A stretch of 64,000 nt of DNA from Trichoplax adhaerens (GCF_000150275.1 NW_002060956.1:1548280-1612279), one strand, 5' to 3'. Shown: positions 14,230 through 27,800, numbered from the stretch's first letter. Numbers and translations are program-made. Notes: a model not told the origin generated them from the sequence alone.

Positions 14230-17200
14230 TTATTTTGTAATGCTGAATAATTTCTCTAAAGTGTTTGTCTTCGTTTTCGAGATATCCACCTGAAAGAATT
14301 AGAAAAATACAGTAAATTTCATATCGAAACATTGAAAGTACAGTAACGTGAAAAAAATTTTTAAAAGCACTGAGATTTTTTATAATTAACGACAGAGATT
14401 TTTTTACTCGAAGTTAGCAAGGAGTAGTAAGGTTTACATAGCACTAATACTATGTAAAAATCGGTTAAATTCGAAAATTTATACGGAATAAAATAATTCG
14501 TAAATTCAAAAGTATAAGCTTTATGAGGCTTGTTTCCTGACCTGACTTGGACTTTTGTTATAGATTAATGCCAGCTGGTCTTCCAATAGTTTAATTTTTA
14601 GTTTTAATCTTTGCTTTGCACGATCATAGGCGTTGATAAGTTCGTGATTAGATCTTTTTAAATCTTCTATCAATTCGTCATTATACTGATATTTCGTTTC
14701 AGTTAATAATTTAATTTGCTTTAAAGATTTTTTGAATTCATTTAAAGTAATTACATTTGCTTGTCTAAGTTCGTCTTCTGGTGAGCGTGTTGTTCGCTTA
14801 ACAAATTCATAAATATATTATATTAGAATTCAAGTCTTATATGATATTTCATGTCCGTTAATCTTTCAACTTACCCTTCTGTGTTGTTTTTCTCTCGTTG
14901 TTGGGTTTGCAATTTGAAAAGAATTATTGCTTTCATCGATTACGATGACTCCACTATCCAAGCTTCGATCATTACTTCTATACGAAGTATCGGAACTGGA
15001 TGTGAGAAGTTGTTCCAACTTCAGATTATGGACGTAGTCTTTTTCACGATAGATCTCCAAAGTCAGTTGTAAAATTTTCTTTTCTTTCTCTAATATATTA
15101 GTTTTGTATTTTAAATTAATTATGTCTTCTTTTCTTGTTACGTGATCCAGCAAATGTACAGCAGTATCAATATCTAAGAGATCATGTTGCTTTAGCTTAT
15201 TTGATAGAGTGCTTAAGATACCCTCCATAGATATTTGCTCTACATTAGGCGGTACTACTCTAAGCGTTGTCCTTTTATCGATTAATTTTCTAGCATATGA
15301 TTTCAACCTCTTCTGATCATCCATACTCAACGTATTATTGAATACCGCTGAATTTTCATTCGACAATTGACTAACCGATGTAGTCTTACTATCACTAACA
15401 GCGTTGAAATCTTTCAGTAGAACTATAGCTGCGTCTTCGATGTTTCGTCTTCTGTCCACCCAGTGCTGCAAGTAATCACTGCTTTTATCTAAATTATAGT
15501 AAGATCTTATTCTATCTGATGAAGTTAACATGCTAGATTTGATGCCTAACGATCTACATTGGGATAACATGATGCGCAGATCACATTCAAATAATGAGGC
15601 TAGAAGTTCGTAGATTTCTAAAGATCTGTCTGTGTACTCTAACGCCGATCTCAGAATTGCACAGTTTGATTCGTATTTTCCATTAAGTACGGTCAAAGCA
15701 CTTGCAATTTCTTTACACTCTTCAATGGCCAAGAGTAAAGCGTTGTTATCAGCCGTTAATTCATCGATTTTTGTAGTTAAGGACGTATGATCAGATACTG
15801 CTTGCTGCATCTTGGCTTTAACAACGTTATCGACGTAATCCATTAGGCCATGAAATAATTCCTCGTAGTTAGTGCAACGGTGAATTATTAATAGTAATTC
15901 TTTATAATGCAATTGCGAAAAATATTCCTGTGTGATAACATGATAGAATTTGTTTAGCTAAAACCACATGGTAGTAAAATAATACTAAATTAAATGTTTA
16001 AACTAAGAGTAATAAGTAAAGAATGAAGTAGAAATATACGTAGTACAGTATTTTGATGATCTTGTTTGCAGTAATCGATATTTTAAATTCTGTTAAACGT
16101 TGACATTGTATTGTTAATGAGAAATTTTTCTGTCGACTTAACTACAGAGCCTATACAATATTAGTACTCTACAAAAAATCAGACTTGTTACCTCGATACT
16201 TTCATTGTCATTATCCAAATTATTCGATTTAGTGTTGCTTGATGCACTTAAATAACTGGAATCCAGTTCAGAAGGCTGAAATCTTTTGAGAACCATTTCG
16301 TTTATAAAACCATGCATTGGGCTATCCTGTAACATTTTCCTTTCTTGTCGGTCATTTTGCTTAGACGTTGCATTCTCTACGTTAACGTGGTTATCTCCAC
16401 CTGTAAACTGTAAATAATCGCTAAATCCAGCTGATAATCGCTTGTTTATATTGCTCGCAGCGCAATAATTTGCATCATTAGAATGAATTTCGTTCAATTG
16501 AAATGATGGACTTTCAAGGCTATTTCTTAGCATTTCATTGGATACGTGGCCAGAATTATTTAAAGAATCCACTCTCTGGAAGATATTTCTACCATTATCT
16601 TTGCAAGCATTTTCTTGAGTGGTGAAAGTATTGATTTCTTTTTTTCTGCTTGCAGCTATAACACTACTAGAATCTTGAGTTACGTTACCCCAATCAGGGC
16701 TAGTAGCTGTTCTCATCATTGAATTTTCACCAGTGGTTATCGACATGTCATTTTGGCTTAGATCTGACGCAATCATCTTAGAATAATGTATCTAAATCAT
16801 TTTTGAAATTGGAATTATCAGAATAACCATAAAGGACATAAATAGCTTTAAACTGATTTAATCCGATTACAAGTAGCGTCATGATTTCATTTTATTGATT
16901 GCTCTATAATAAGAGCTATGTAGTAAATAATTCTTCAACATACTTTCCTCTCGAGGTCTTCTTTTTCTTTTGCTAAGTCCGTATAGGATTGACGGAGATT
17001 CTTCATTGCCTGAATTACAGACATGCATAACATTAGTATTCGTATTTAAAATAAGAACAGCTTTTACTTAGGTACATGGATCAATAGGTATTTTGGTACG
17101 ATTTTTATATCTTTATAACGCCTTTTGGTAAAAAATTTGAAATAATTTCTATCGAAATTTGAAACCGTTAATACGCTCTCTAGCACGCATAAGAATTATC

Positions 17201-19850
17201 GCATGATAACAGCTTCTTAAATGGATTAAAATACGGTATGTAATGTACAGTGATACTTACATCTATAAGTTCTGTTCTTTCCATAATTTCATAATTTAAA
17301 TTTGGTGATTCTAAAGGTATGAAATAACGACAATATTTAGCAGTCCAAAAGCAATATTTAAATTAAAAATTAATTCAAGTGCATGTTACAAAGCGATGAT
17401 TAGCTTCTTGAAGTGCTATGCTATCTTTTAATATTTGCGGACATAACATTACTGTATGTAGACACTATTGACAAACCTATATTATTTCGAATGTGTTGTC
17501 CGTAGTAGTAACTTGAATCTTGATGTGCCTTACCGTGCTAGAATCATGAAACATATAAAAATCTCGGGTTTACACTTGTAACAGTTAAAAAATTGTGAGT
17601 AATTTTATCAAGTTGTTAACGCACAAAGTCTCAGCATGTGTTGTCCGTGCAGTACTATGCTATCGTGATAAATATATTGTGGACAGTAAATGGCATTTAC
17701 TTACGCTGTATCCCTCTTTTGATTTCATACTATCAGCCTTCTTAAATTTGTTGCCACTAGATGCATTGGTACCTGTATTGGTAACTCGGCTCAGATTAGA
17801 TAAGTATGTTCCATTCTCTCTGCTAAAACTATTTATTATACCTGATAAAGGAAATAGGATAAAAAAAGAGATTTTGATTAGTTATCACGAAAAATTTAAT
17901 ACAGACCAGTGCTACCAAATGATAAAATGCATGGCTTCAACAAATGATCATCTTACTTGATTCATCGTCGTAAAATTCGCTATTAATGCCGTTAAGATCG
18001 TTCGTATCAACGTCATCAACGTCAGAATAATTTCTATCGGTCGTTTTCAATACTTCATTCTGCCTGGTTAACTTCCTAGATAACTCGGCAATAGTACCTT
18101 GTAATTCTGTAACGCTATGTTGCGATTCAGTCGTTAAATTCTTTAATCTTTTTTCGTAGTCAGCAATAGCAAATTGATAGCTTTCACGGACTTGTTGTAA
18201 CTCTACTCTTAAATCGTCGCGCTCAAGAATAGCATGACGAAATCGATCGGTAAGAGTATTAATCTTATCATCTGCGTATTTCATCGATTGGATAGTATCC
18301 TGCGTTGATAGGGTATAGTATCCCGTTCGGGTGATATTTTATTATTACCATAATGTAAAAATTAAAAAAACCAAAATTATAACGTGATTATCTTTAAGCA
18401 CATGCACACGATTGTCTAGTCTCAGCTTTAGCAGATCTCAACTTTAACTGTGTGAATAGTAACAAGGAATTGCAGCATGTATTCAAGATAAATGAACTCG
18501 ATAAATATGATAATGGTCAACAAACAAATATTAATCTGAAGGAATTACCAATCTTCTATATCGATAAGTCTATCTATGAGGCTGAAAAGCATAACTATCT
18601 TCATCAAAGGTGAAGAACTACAGTACCAGCTACTGTGTAACAGCTGATATTTATTAAAAATTATGACTAATGTTTTCTCGGCCGCTAAACAAAGGTTCTT
18701 TCATTTCAAAAAGTAAGGTTATCACGTAGCGTTATAGATAATTCATATCCTGAAGACGATAACGGATGATAATTATCGTTGTAAATATCTTATCATAACG
18801 TTATTTGTTTGATTTCCTGTCCATATCTACGAATAAGTAATTCAATTTATTCAATTCTTTAACGACAAAGCTGATTTTCATATCTAGAATATTTAAATCA
18901 GTTTTGCTTTCATCAAATAGAAGTAATAGGATTGGATTTTCAGAGATGTACAATACACGTATGACCATTTTTAAATATGCTGTATATTTATTCTAACTAC
19001 AGGAAGTGTGATTTGGGCTTGGAATCAAAGTCCACTTCTTTGAATAATGTAAGCGTATATGATATTCAGTACAGTATACAGACTGGTCATTACAATAAAT
19101 AGGATAGGCTGGTTGCATTATGATGTGACAGATCGTCATTGGCAAAATCATTACCTATTCCGAAAAGATATCCTTGTTTATGTCAAGAAGGATTGGCTAT
19201 AATCTCAATTGACGTAAGGTACAAGTGTAAGCCTCATTTAGGACTAAAATTGGAGAGAATGACTCAAAAGGTGCAATGCAATGATAAGCGATTTCATCGA
19301 TTTTACAAGGAAAACTGAATTATGGTCACTAATGACAGATCAACCTGAAAGAACTATAAATTTTATATCCAATTACGCAGGATGCAAAATGTATATATAT
19401 AACACATAGACTACGTAAATGAACTTTCGAGGTGTCAAAATTTCACTGATTTGTTATTGTTTTTTTTACCCTTATTTTATCAAAAAATAAAGATATTAAA
19501 AAACAGCTTCGAAATTAAACATCTATTAATATAAATTCATCACTGATATTGAAATTAAAACGTACAGTATAAAGAATGATTTAATCTTAGCCCTGGGCTA
19601 TTCTTATAATTTATGATTATTTCATATCCAACGTTAATATCATCGTTCATTTGTGCAATATTCACAAGAAACTAGCTTAAAGGCTTGTGATTGTTATTCT
19701 AGTAAGACTCACCAACAACTGGCAATCGAATTCATCATCGACGACCAAATTTAAACATTCTTCCTGATTTGCTTTTAAGGGCATTATTTTTGTTGATGAA
19801 TTGCAGTTCGTGGAAACTTTATTAAGACGTCGATAAGATGTTTTGTCCAT
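14230..19850 (-). CDS. MCC: MCC (mutated in colorectal cancer)/USHBP1-like coiled-coil protein; exons 19850-19713, 18299-17957, 17841-17705, [17537-17534, 17310-17261 tentative], 17009-16944, 16776-16192, 15927-14875, 14796-14542, 14289-14230; ~880-900 aa
   Basis: Segments resemble MCC: ILERDDL...VTELQGTIAELSRKL; IDELTADNNALLLAIEECKEIASALTVLNGKYESNCAILRSALEY; IEDLKRSNHELINAYDRAKQRLKLKIKLLEDQL. The start codon and middle exons are uncertain. Confidence 0.82.
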
Positions 19851-22800
19851 TTTATCACTTGCGTCATTACATCCATTGCCCAGGCTATAGTTGCAGGCAA
19901 AAGATAGGCAAACAGATTAGTCGGTAGTTTAAACATCGCTAGTAACGCTGGTTAAATACCGTCACGTAGTAATAAAATACTTTCAAAATATGGCTTGAAC
20001 CGTTAGACGTTACAAATTACAGTACTGTTAATTTATGTTAATGTTAATGAAAGACTATCTTCGATCGTAAAATACTACGGTAAATATCAAGATCAAGATA
20101 AGTTTGCTTTGACGTAGAGCAATTACCGAAAATCTATAGATCATCTGAACACGGTTGAAGATGGGCATTTTTTTAAGCGTAGTTTATATTACTGTACCTA
20201 TCTAAGTTTGAATAGAAGATTTAAAGAACATTTACGTATACGTATGTATCTACGCTAATTGATTACCGTATCCGTTAGCATTTGAGAGCAGAATAAAATT
20301 TACTCTGTACGTAATTTAAGGATGATTATTTGTCGATTTTTTTCAATATGTTATCATTAAACCATTGTACGATAGCATCTAAAAGGAGCCGGCATCATCC
20401 ACGAGTAAGTAAGATTATTTTGTACTTTAAAAATTAGAGGAATAAAAACACAAAGTGTGATTCTTTTTCTGGTTGATACGTATTGAAGTCGCAGAGGTCA
20501 TAAGATATACATTTGAGTGTGATTGAATTGATGGGAAATTTACTGAAGTAGAGTATAGTAGACTATTAAGCACCCTTGCTTTATGAAAACAATTTTCTTA
20601 CATTGTTACAAAGGTATATTTAAACAGTAGAGTAATATTGATTATAATTCTTATATTGTATGCTTTAGCTTATTCACAGTTGTCATTGAGCATCAAAAGG
20701 GATGATTCGCCAATATCAACGTAAGATGCATGTTGTTTATATCCGACCTATTCCTTGTAAAATACACTTTTAGAGTCATACGGCTAACATCCATTAAATC
20801 CAGGCAGCTATCACTCATAAGGATAGGAATAGGTCTGATAGAAAGCTGCAGTAATGCAAGTGAATTTCTTCTGATGACTGTATTCCCCATTTGATTAAAA
20901 TAGTGCCGTAGTGAAAAATATAAAAATACCTAGGGAGAAGACCGAATTTATTGCACTGTACACTTTTACAGCGCTGGGAATTTATCACCACGTTGCGCTA
21001 CTAGCTCGATAACAAGATTACGATCAGAATACGTGCATGTGATTGGCGTTTGACAAGATTGAAATGGTTGACTTTCATCATTTTGATTTACACTCTACTG
21101 TACTGGATTTTCGAATAACTCTTTTAAATTGATGGTGGGCATCCATATTTAATGTTAAGCGGATATCACGTAATCTTGACTACTTTTACAGGATTGCTGT
21201 AGTTTTAAAATGCATGAGTACAGTATACCACACACTCGAGTATAAACGACAACGTTCAGCATCCAAAATGCCATTCAATGTCGCTGCAGCTATCTTATCC
21301 CAATGCCACCATCTACAGTATACGACACTATTTCATGCCCTATTAAGATGCAGAGATGCAAGATGGAATGCATTCGACATGTATCGTCAACGATCTAGTT
21401 ATCCTCTAAATATGACCACTAGTAGTTTTATGTATCACTTACTGTAGTCCTTTTGAGCATCTGGTATCGCCATCAGCTATATTAACATGATGAATACTGT
21501 TATCTAATTTGGGGGCCAGATCTTGATCCATTATTCTATTGGAAATGAGACAATTTTTTCCAAGTTCTCCAAACTGAAAATACGATATGGCAATAACGGT
21601 AGAGTTGCAACCTTGTGCTGGTAGCTTAACTACATTAATGGAATTTTCTCCCAACGATTGGAATACTACATGCCATAAGTACTGTATCGCGTTTTCAATT
21701 TTCCAACGGGAAGGACATTAAAGCATACTATCAAAGTTGATTGTCATCCATTTTATGCTTGCATGACAAAATTGAGATCATTTACATGCTGAAATAATCA
21801 GGCAACCAAGACTGACTACAGTATTTGTCATCCACAGCGATGACTTTATATACAACAGGCGAGAACTAATTTAGATGGCAGGTTAGCAAAAATTTCAAGC
21901 AACGTCATTAACTGTTGATTATTATTCTATTCTATTTATTATGATGAAATTGGATACGGACGTTGATATAGTGCTGATTCAAGTCATCTAGATAGGGCAT
22001 TTACCACGGTTACTTCAAATTTGATCGATGTTATATGAGGGGGGGGGGTCACAACTCAAGATGCCCTTTGCCAGCCAGACCAGTCAGAACCTACAGTACC
22101 GTACTGTAGAGTTCGTACTGTATTGGACTATGACCAGACCAGACCATGAAAACCTGTACAGAATGTACAGTACAATGTACTATAATCGACAGGGCAATTC
22201 AGGTTGGATAGTGTACTGTAGGTTGTTGCCATACTGGACTACATAATCACTACGTACTTAAAGGAGAGCATTGCCGTGGCAGAGGTCATTTTGACTCCGT
22301 TACCCACTGAAGATAACAAGCGCCGACAGTTTTGGCTTCAAATCACCGGTAAGAATATTTGCAGTTGCTATCCAGTCATCATGTTTTGCTATGACCGAAA
22401 TATTCTATGCGAATGCAATGTAGTCCATGAAGTATAGTATGATACGTTACCATTGAAAGTTGGATAATACATGTTCGTATGAGCGTGCAAATGACCAAGT
22501 AGAAATTAGACATTGATCATTTTTCATTCAAAGTCTCCATTTCTACGCGATCGCGTTACACTTCGACACACTATTGGATACTCATTTTACTTGCTTCTTA
22601 GCATAGGAAGTTCCCTTACCACTGTCCTTTATTCGCTTATATTGTATCATCTTGCTGATAGTATGGACCGTATTTTCTTGTCGTAATCGACTCGATCTCA
22701 CTTCTTTTTTTAATCAATGTGATTAATGAAGATTGATCGATGATGATTTTCATTCAAAGTTGAGATAATTCCCATACTGTATACTACTGTACAGTACCAC

Positions 22801-23027
22801 TGACAGTGGATCTCTGAACGTACCTTGAACGCTGGTGTCTGTCTGTATACTGTAGTCAATAGTACAGTACTGTATAGTAACATGATTGAATAATCATGAA
22901 GGAATAGTATGAAAATGTCAATGTACATACAGTACACTATACAAACCCGATCAGGTGTTTTGCAAGCATTTAAAGTGTTTTTGTTGTTGTCATCGACCTC
23001 AATAATCAGAACTTTCTAATAATAGAA

Positions 23028-23077
23028 NNNNNNNNNNNNNNNNNNNNNNNNNNNNNNNNNNNNNNNNNNNNNNNNNN
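23028..23077. other. Assembly gap (50 N)
   Basis: Run of n characters. Confidence 0.99.
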
Positions 23078-23641
23078 GTTCGTTGTAATTGGCAGCTCGG
23101 TCATGATGATAGATTTTATGACTGCATTGATGATAGCCTGAATAGCGCTATTTCTTTTCTTAATCGTCTTAATCTTGACACATTTGTAAAGCGCAGACCA
23201 GTACAGTAGAGCGGTTATTTTTAAAAGTGTAGTGCAATGTTATCATTTTTAGGGGGTTCTACTAGACCAGTAAAATTCATTAAAAATTAATTGTTTTTAA
23301 GTTTGGGCAAAATAGTGGTTGATAATAGCATCTTGCAATTTTTGAAAGTTGTGTTTCACAATATCTGTAGTTAAGACAACATCAAAATTAGCATACAAGT
23401 ACCGAGCAAAGAATTGTTGTGCCATTTATTTCTTATTTTCTGTGTTATGACAGTACTACATCATGATAAAAACGTATGCGACATGCGACTAATGCTAGTG
23501 TAGAGTCAAAACCCTTCGAGAAAGGTCTCTAGTGGACACTGTATAGTAGACTGCAGTCGAATAATTGCCTTCATTCATGACTGTCACGACACGTAATTCA
23601 GTGTGAGTCGATGAATGACTTCAGTCATTGGATGCTTTCAT

Positions 23642-23651
23642 CCGCCATTTT
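23642..23651 (+). promoter_or_regulatory. YY1-consensus site CCGCCATTTT in the region between the divergent MCC and ZFAND genes
   Basis: Exact match to the CCGCCATNTT core. A weaker GGCCATTTTT lies near 23868. Confidence 0.35.
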
Positions 23652-24809
23652 GAGTTCTTGAATTCAGGCCGATTTTCCTGTACTGTACTTTGATATTTGT
23701 CACGGTCATAAAACGAAGAGAATATTTGAAGTTGGACTATAGCGCATGTAGGTGTCGGCTACAAATGGAATCATAGTCCAGTCTACAGATTAACAAAAAC
23801 TGACAGATCCGAGCAAGAAAATGGTGCTTGATAGAGTTGTATTGCTAACCATCTGAAGTCTTTGGAAGGCCATTTTTACGGTACTGTACACTGTATAGTC
23901 CAGTCGTGTACTGGAATACCCTTGGCTTCCTACCGGCACAGGTTGCATCATTTACAGTATGATGTGCAGTTAATCTACTTGGTACTGTAGTCATTATACT
24001 GTAGTGTACTGGACTTGGACATTACAGTACTGTAACTGTAGTTTTGAATGAACCGTCACAAAGTCTGATCTAGAGTGTACAGTATAAGCCAGAGCTCAAT
24101 GCACTCTTCTAGTATCAACACTCAAGTGGCTGACTACAAACCTGTCCAAACATGCAATACTGTACACTCTGTACTCTACCATAACCTGTCAAGATGCAAT
24201 TTCGTATGGCTTTTTAGAACTGGTTGTTTTTCTAGTCCCTTCTGCAACTGAATGAATGTACTGTACAAAATGATGATGAATCGATGATGATGCAGCATGA
24301 TGCCCTCAGTAACAAGCGTTTTATTTGTTGTGTTGTGTTGTGCCAGCCTGTCTAGCGTCCAGTCCAGTCTACTTCACGCTTGTCTAACTCTACTGTAGCA
24401 AGTAGCGCAAGCAAGTGATCCAGCACCAACGCTGTCAAGTCAAGTGTACTATTTATAAATTCGAAATTATTCTAATCATCCTTTTTCTGTCATTGACGCA
24501 AACTCACCCCAGTTCAGTACGTCACAATCGATCGACAGTATTGATTACTGAAGTGCATTTTTAGTGATCGGATAAAAGGAAATCTTGCTGATTTGACGTT
24601 GGTTTTTTTCCTCATTTTCTCTCGCTTCAATTAGTGCTGAACCGATTGGATTTTTTTTGCTCTTTGTTAAGTAGTAATTACTTAACGTCAAGACTTGTGA
24701 AGAAGAGGTCAACTCAGATACGCGCTACAGCTTACAGCTGGTGAATTCCTTTCACGATAATTGTACAAAGTGAAAAAAAGACAACCAGTTCTGATTGAAA
24801 GTCAACGAT

Positions 24810-27800
24810 ATGGATAGACAAACACAGAGCCAGGAACAACCAGTACCTGTACAAATTTTATGCCGAAATGGCTGTGGTTTTTATGGACACCCTAACTTTG
24901 ATGGAATGTGTTCTAAATGCTTTAAAGATTCATTAGCACAAAAAGAGAAAGCAGCATCAGTACAAGGTACATTCAATCTGTATTTATTTTGACCCTATAC
25001 TTATCATTTTCCTTCATCCGTACGCCTAGACAGTATAGTACAGTATTTATAGTTCGACCCTTAACCGTTTCAACCAACATGACCGACCGTTCGGCCTTGA
25101 GACTTGGTTTTACTTTTCAATACTTTTACAGCATATGTAGTGGATTATCTATCTAATAGCGTGACTATCATGATTTGCTCTAATTTCATGTCAGACCCAT
25201 CAGGCTACAAGGTTTTTTTGACTCTTCCTATAACCCAAGAAGTCAATTTGAAAATTTCACATTCATAATTGAAATAATTGCTGTAGCTAGTATCGAAATA
25301 GAAGAATTTTGTGAAACAAACTATTTTTATCCTCTATTTTACCAATCCATATTACTATATTCACACACACACAGTACATTCATTGGATCCAGGTGTACAG
25401 TATTTTCCTTTGCAGTAATCAAATGTATTCGTAAGTATTTAACGGTTAGAAACCGTTTTTACTGTATCTTATCACCATGTACTTTGATATCTTGACGGCG
25501 ACATTCTTTCATAGTACCGTAAACATGTAGTCCTTGTCTCTTTTGTATTCCCTACAGCAAAATTGCGTATTGATAAATTTTATTCCTCATTTATTGATTA
25601 TTTTAGAAACTTCTATAGAAACACCAGGAAAATTTAGAACACCAACATTAGTAAACGATAAAAGTAGCGAAATAAAAAATAAGGAATTGGATGAAATAGA
25701 TTTGGCGACGAATAATAATAAGCAAGAAAAAGTAAATCAAGTACAGGAAGTAAAAGAAGATTCGTTATCGACGAACTCTGATACAGATACACCAACTAAA
25801 TCAATTAAGAGAAATCGATGCTTTACTTGTCGTAAAAAAGTTGGCTTAACTGGTATGATAGTAACCTGAAATTGTACTTCTGTTATTGATTATAATTATC
25901 AATGACTTATAGACGAAGCAAATGAATACTAGTTTCTTTACTTGTTGTTCATGTCTCAATACATAAGTAGATTCTCGTCTTCATCATTCAACCTACTGTG
26001 TCATTAAATGAAGTATATGTGTACAGTACAGTATTGGTAGTACCGTTATATATTCAGATGTTGGTTTCTTCGCTCTTAGTCTAAAATATACTACGGCTTT
26101 ATGTGTACTCTTTTTAACATTGACAGTTATTAGTTTATCTTTTAGACGTATAAACTGGTTTTTTTTTTCCTTTACCCACTTGAATGATTGAGTAATTCTA
26201 ATTTCATTTTTGAGTGAAACCTTGTACTGTATCATGGGAGAATTGTAGGACTGTAGTATTTGTTTGACGGGTTCAACAGGGACATCGATTCTGTTCAAAT
26301 ACATCTAATTTTTGTGTGTGTGTATGATAATCGAAAAAAAAACTGTACTGGAGATCTTACAAGTTGTTCCTTTCTAGTGTAGTACTGCACTGTAGGGTAT
26401 AAGAAAAATTTGTCTTTTGCATTCTCCTATGCCGTACCCTTCGTTATTGATGGTCATCGTTTAGCCACGAAGAAAACGTACTGTATACCATATCTATATA
26501 TATCTATACATGTTATCCATGGCAGAGCGATTGATGATGACACTTTTCCTTTAACGATACGTTATGTTGTGTTTGATCATCGGGATCGACAGTAAAATGG
26601 TAGAGGGTTAATTAATTTATTTTCAAGAGCAATTTTATAACGTCCGAGCCTGATTAATGACAGATTGTATTAGCGAGAAAGTCTGATTGTAATTATGATT
26701 AGTTGTAATGTATTTTCTGTCGAAAATGCAACGATACGCCACTTAGTTGGTTGGCTGATCGCTAGAAGTGAAGAGACATCGGCCTCTTGATGACTGCATT
26801 ATAACAATATATATGATTGCGGCAAAGAAATACAGCAGTCTATCCATTGATGTATTGACCATAAAAGGGGCTTGGGCTCCAATTGCCATACTAAACTGAC
26901 TAAATCACCTAAAGTCACTCACCCTCAGTGTGTTTTTTTGAACTTCAGTTGAAAAGTCAGCGTGGAATGGTACAGTACTGTACTGCGCATTATTACGGCA
27001 TTGATTAACAATAACGTAAAATGTCTGCCTATCCCAATGGGGTTCCTAAGAACATACAATTGCTGTATTTGGATGTGCTCTACAGTATGATAAACAAACC
27101 CTAGATCAAATGTGGATGCAGTATAAATGCAAATAACTTATTATTATTTTTTTTTGTACACTTACTCTTTACATTGCGCATGTCCATCGAATGCAGACAG
27201 TACTGTACTTTACTGTACTGTACACTGTACAGCCAACACTGTGTACTGTAGATTGTAATATCTTGTCTGCATTAGTGGACTGTCAAGTCCTTAGGATGCA
27301 ATTTTATTCATAGTAGTGTTTAATAAATACTACTATGAATAAAATTGCATCCTAAGGACTTGGAATATCCCTCTATCCTCTATTTCATAATTTTTACAAG
27401 ATAGAGGGATATTCCATTTACTATTTGTAGCATTTGATACAAATTAGGATTAAATGAAACTTGATATCGTGTAATTTGGACATGAATAGGAGTGACGACG
27501 ATAGGACTAATTATTATGAACTAAATAAAATAGCGAAATGTCGTGATGTAATCGATTGCGGCAGTACTCTTAGTAAACATCATTAAACTAGTTGGCCTGA
27601 TTAACTATCAACATCGTTTGTGTTCTATTAATGCTAGATGTTTGCTAACTGTAATATCGACATTATTATTTTCTTTTCTAGGTTTCGTATGTCATTGTGG
27701 TAATGTATTTTGTAGCACCCATCGTTATTCAGACAAGCACGATTGTACATTCGATTACAAAGCTGCCGGTAGAGCTGCTATTAGCAAAAATAATCCAGTG

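Noticed and set aside
20693-22937. Several 65-77 aa ORFs between MCC and ZFAND
   Set aside because: No domain similarity or consistent splice chain. The Tyr/Ser/Thr/Val/Cys bias comes from the TACAGTA motif.
25558-25566. Possible 9-nt microexon CAAAATTGC|GTATTG
   Set aside because: It would leave only a 40-nt downstream intron, shorter than any other intron modelled here.
27284-27416. Reading the hairpins or TACAGTA chains as CRISPR repeats or bacterial terminators
   Set aside because: Spliced eukaryotic context; no regular repeat-spacer array and no cas genes.
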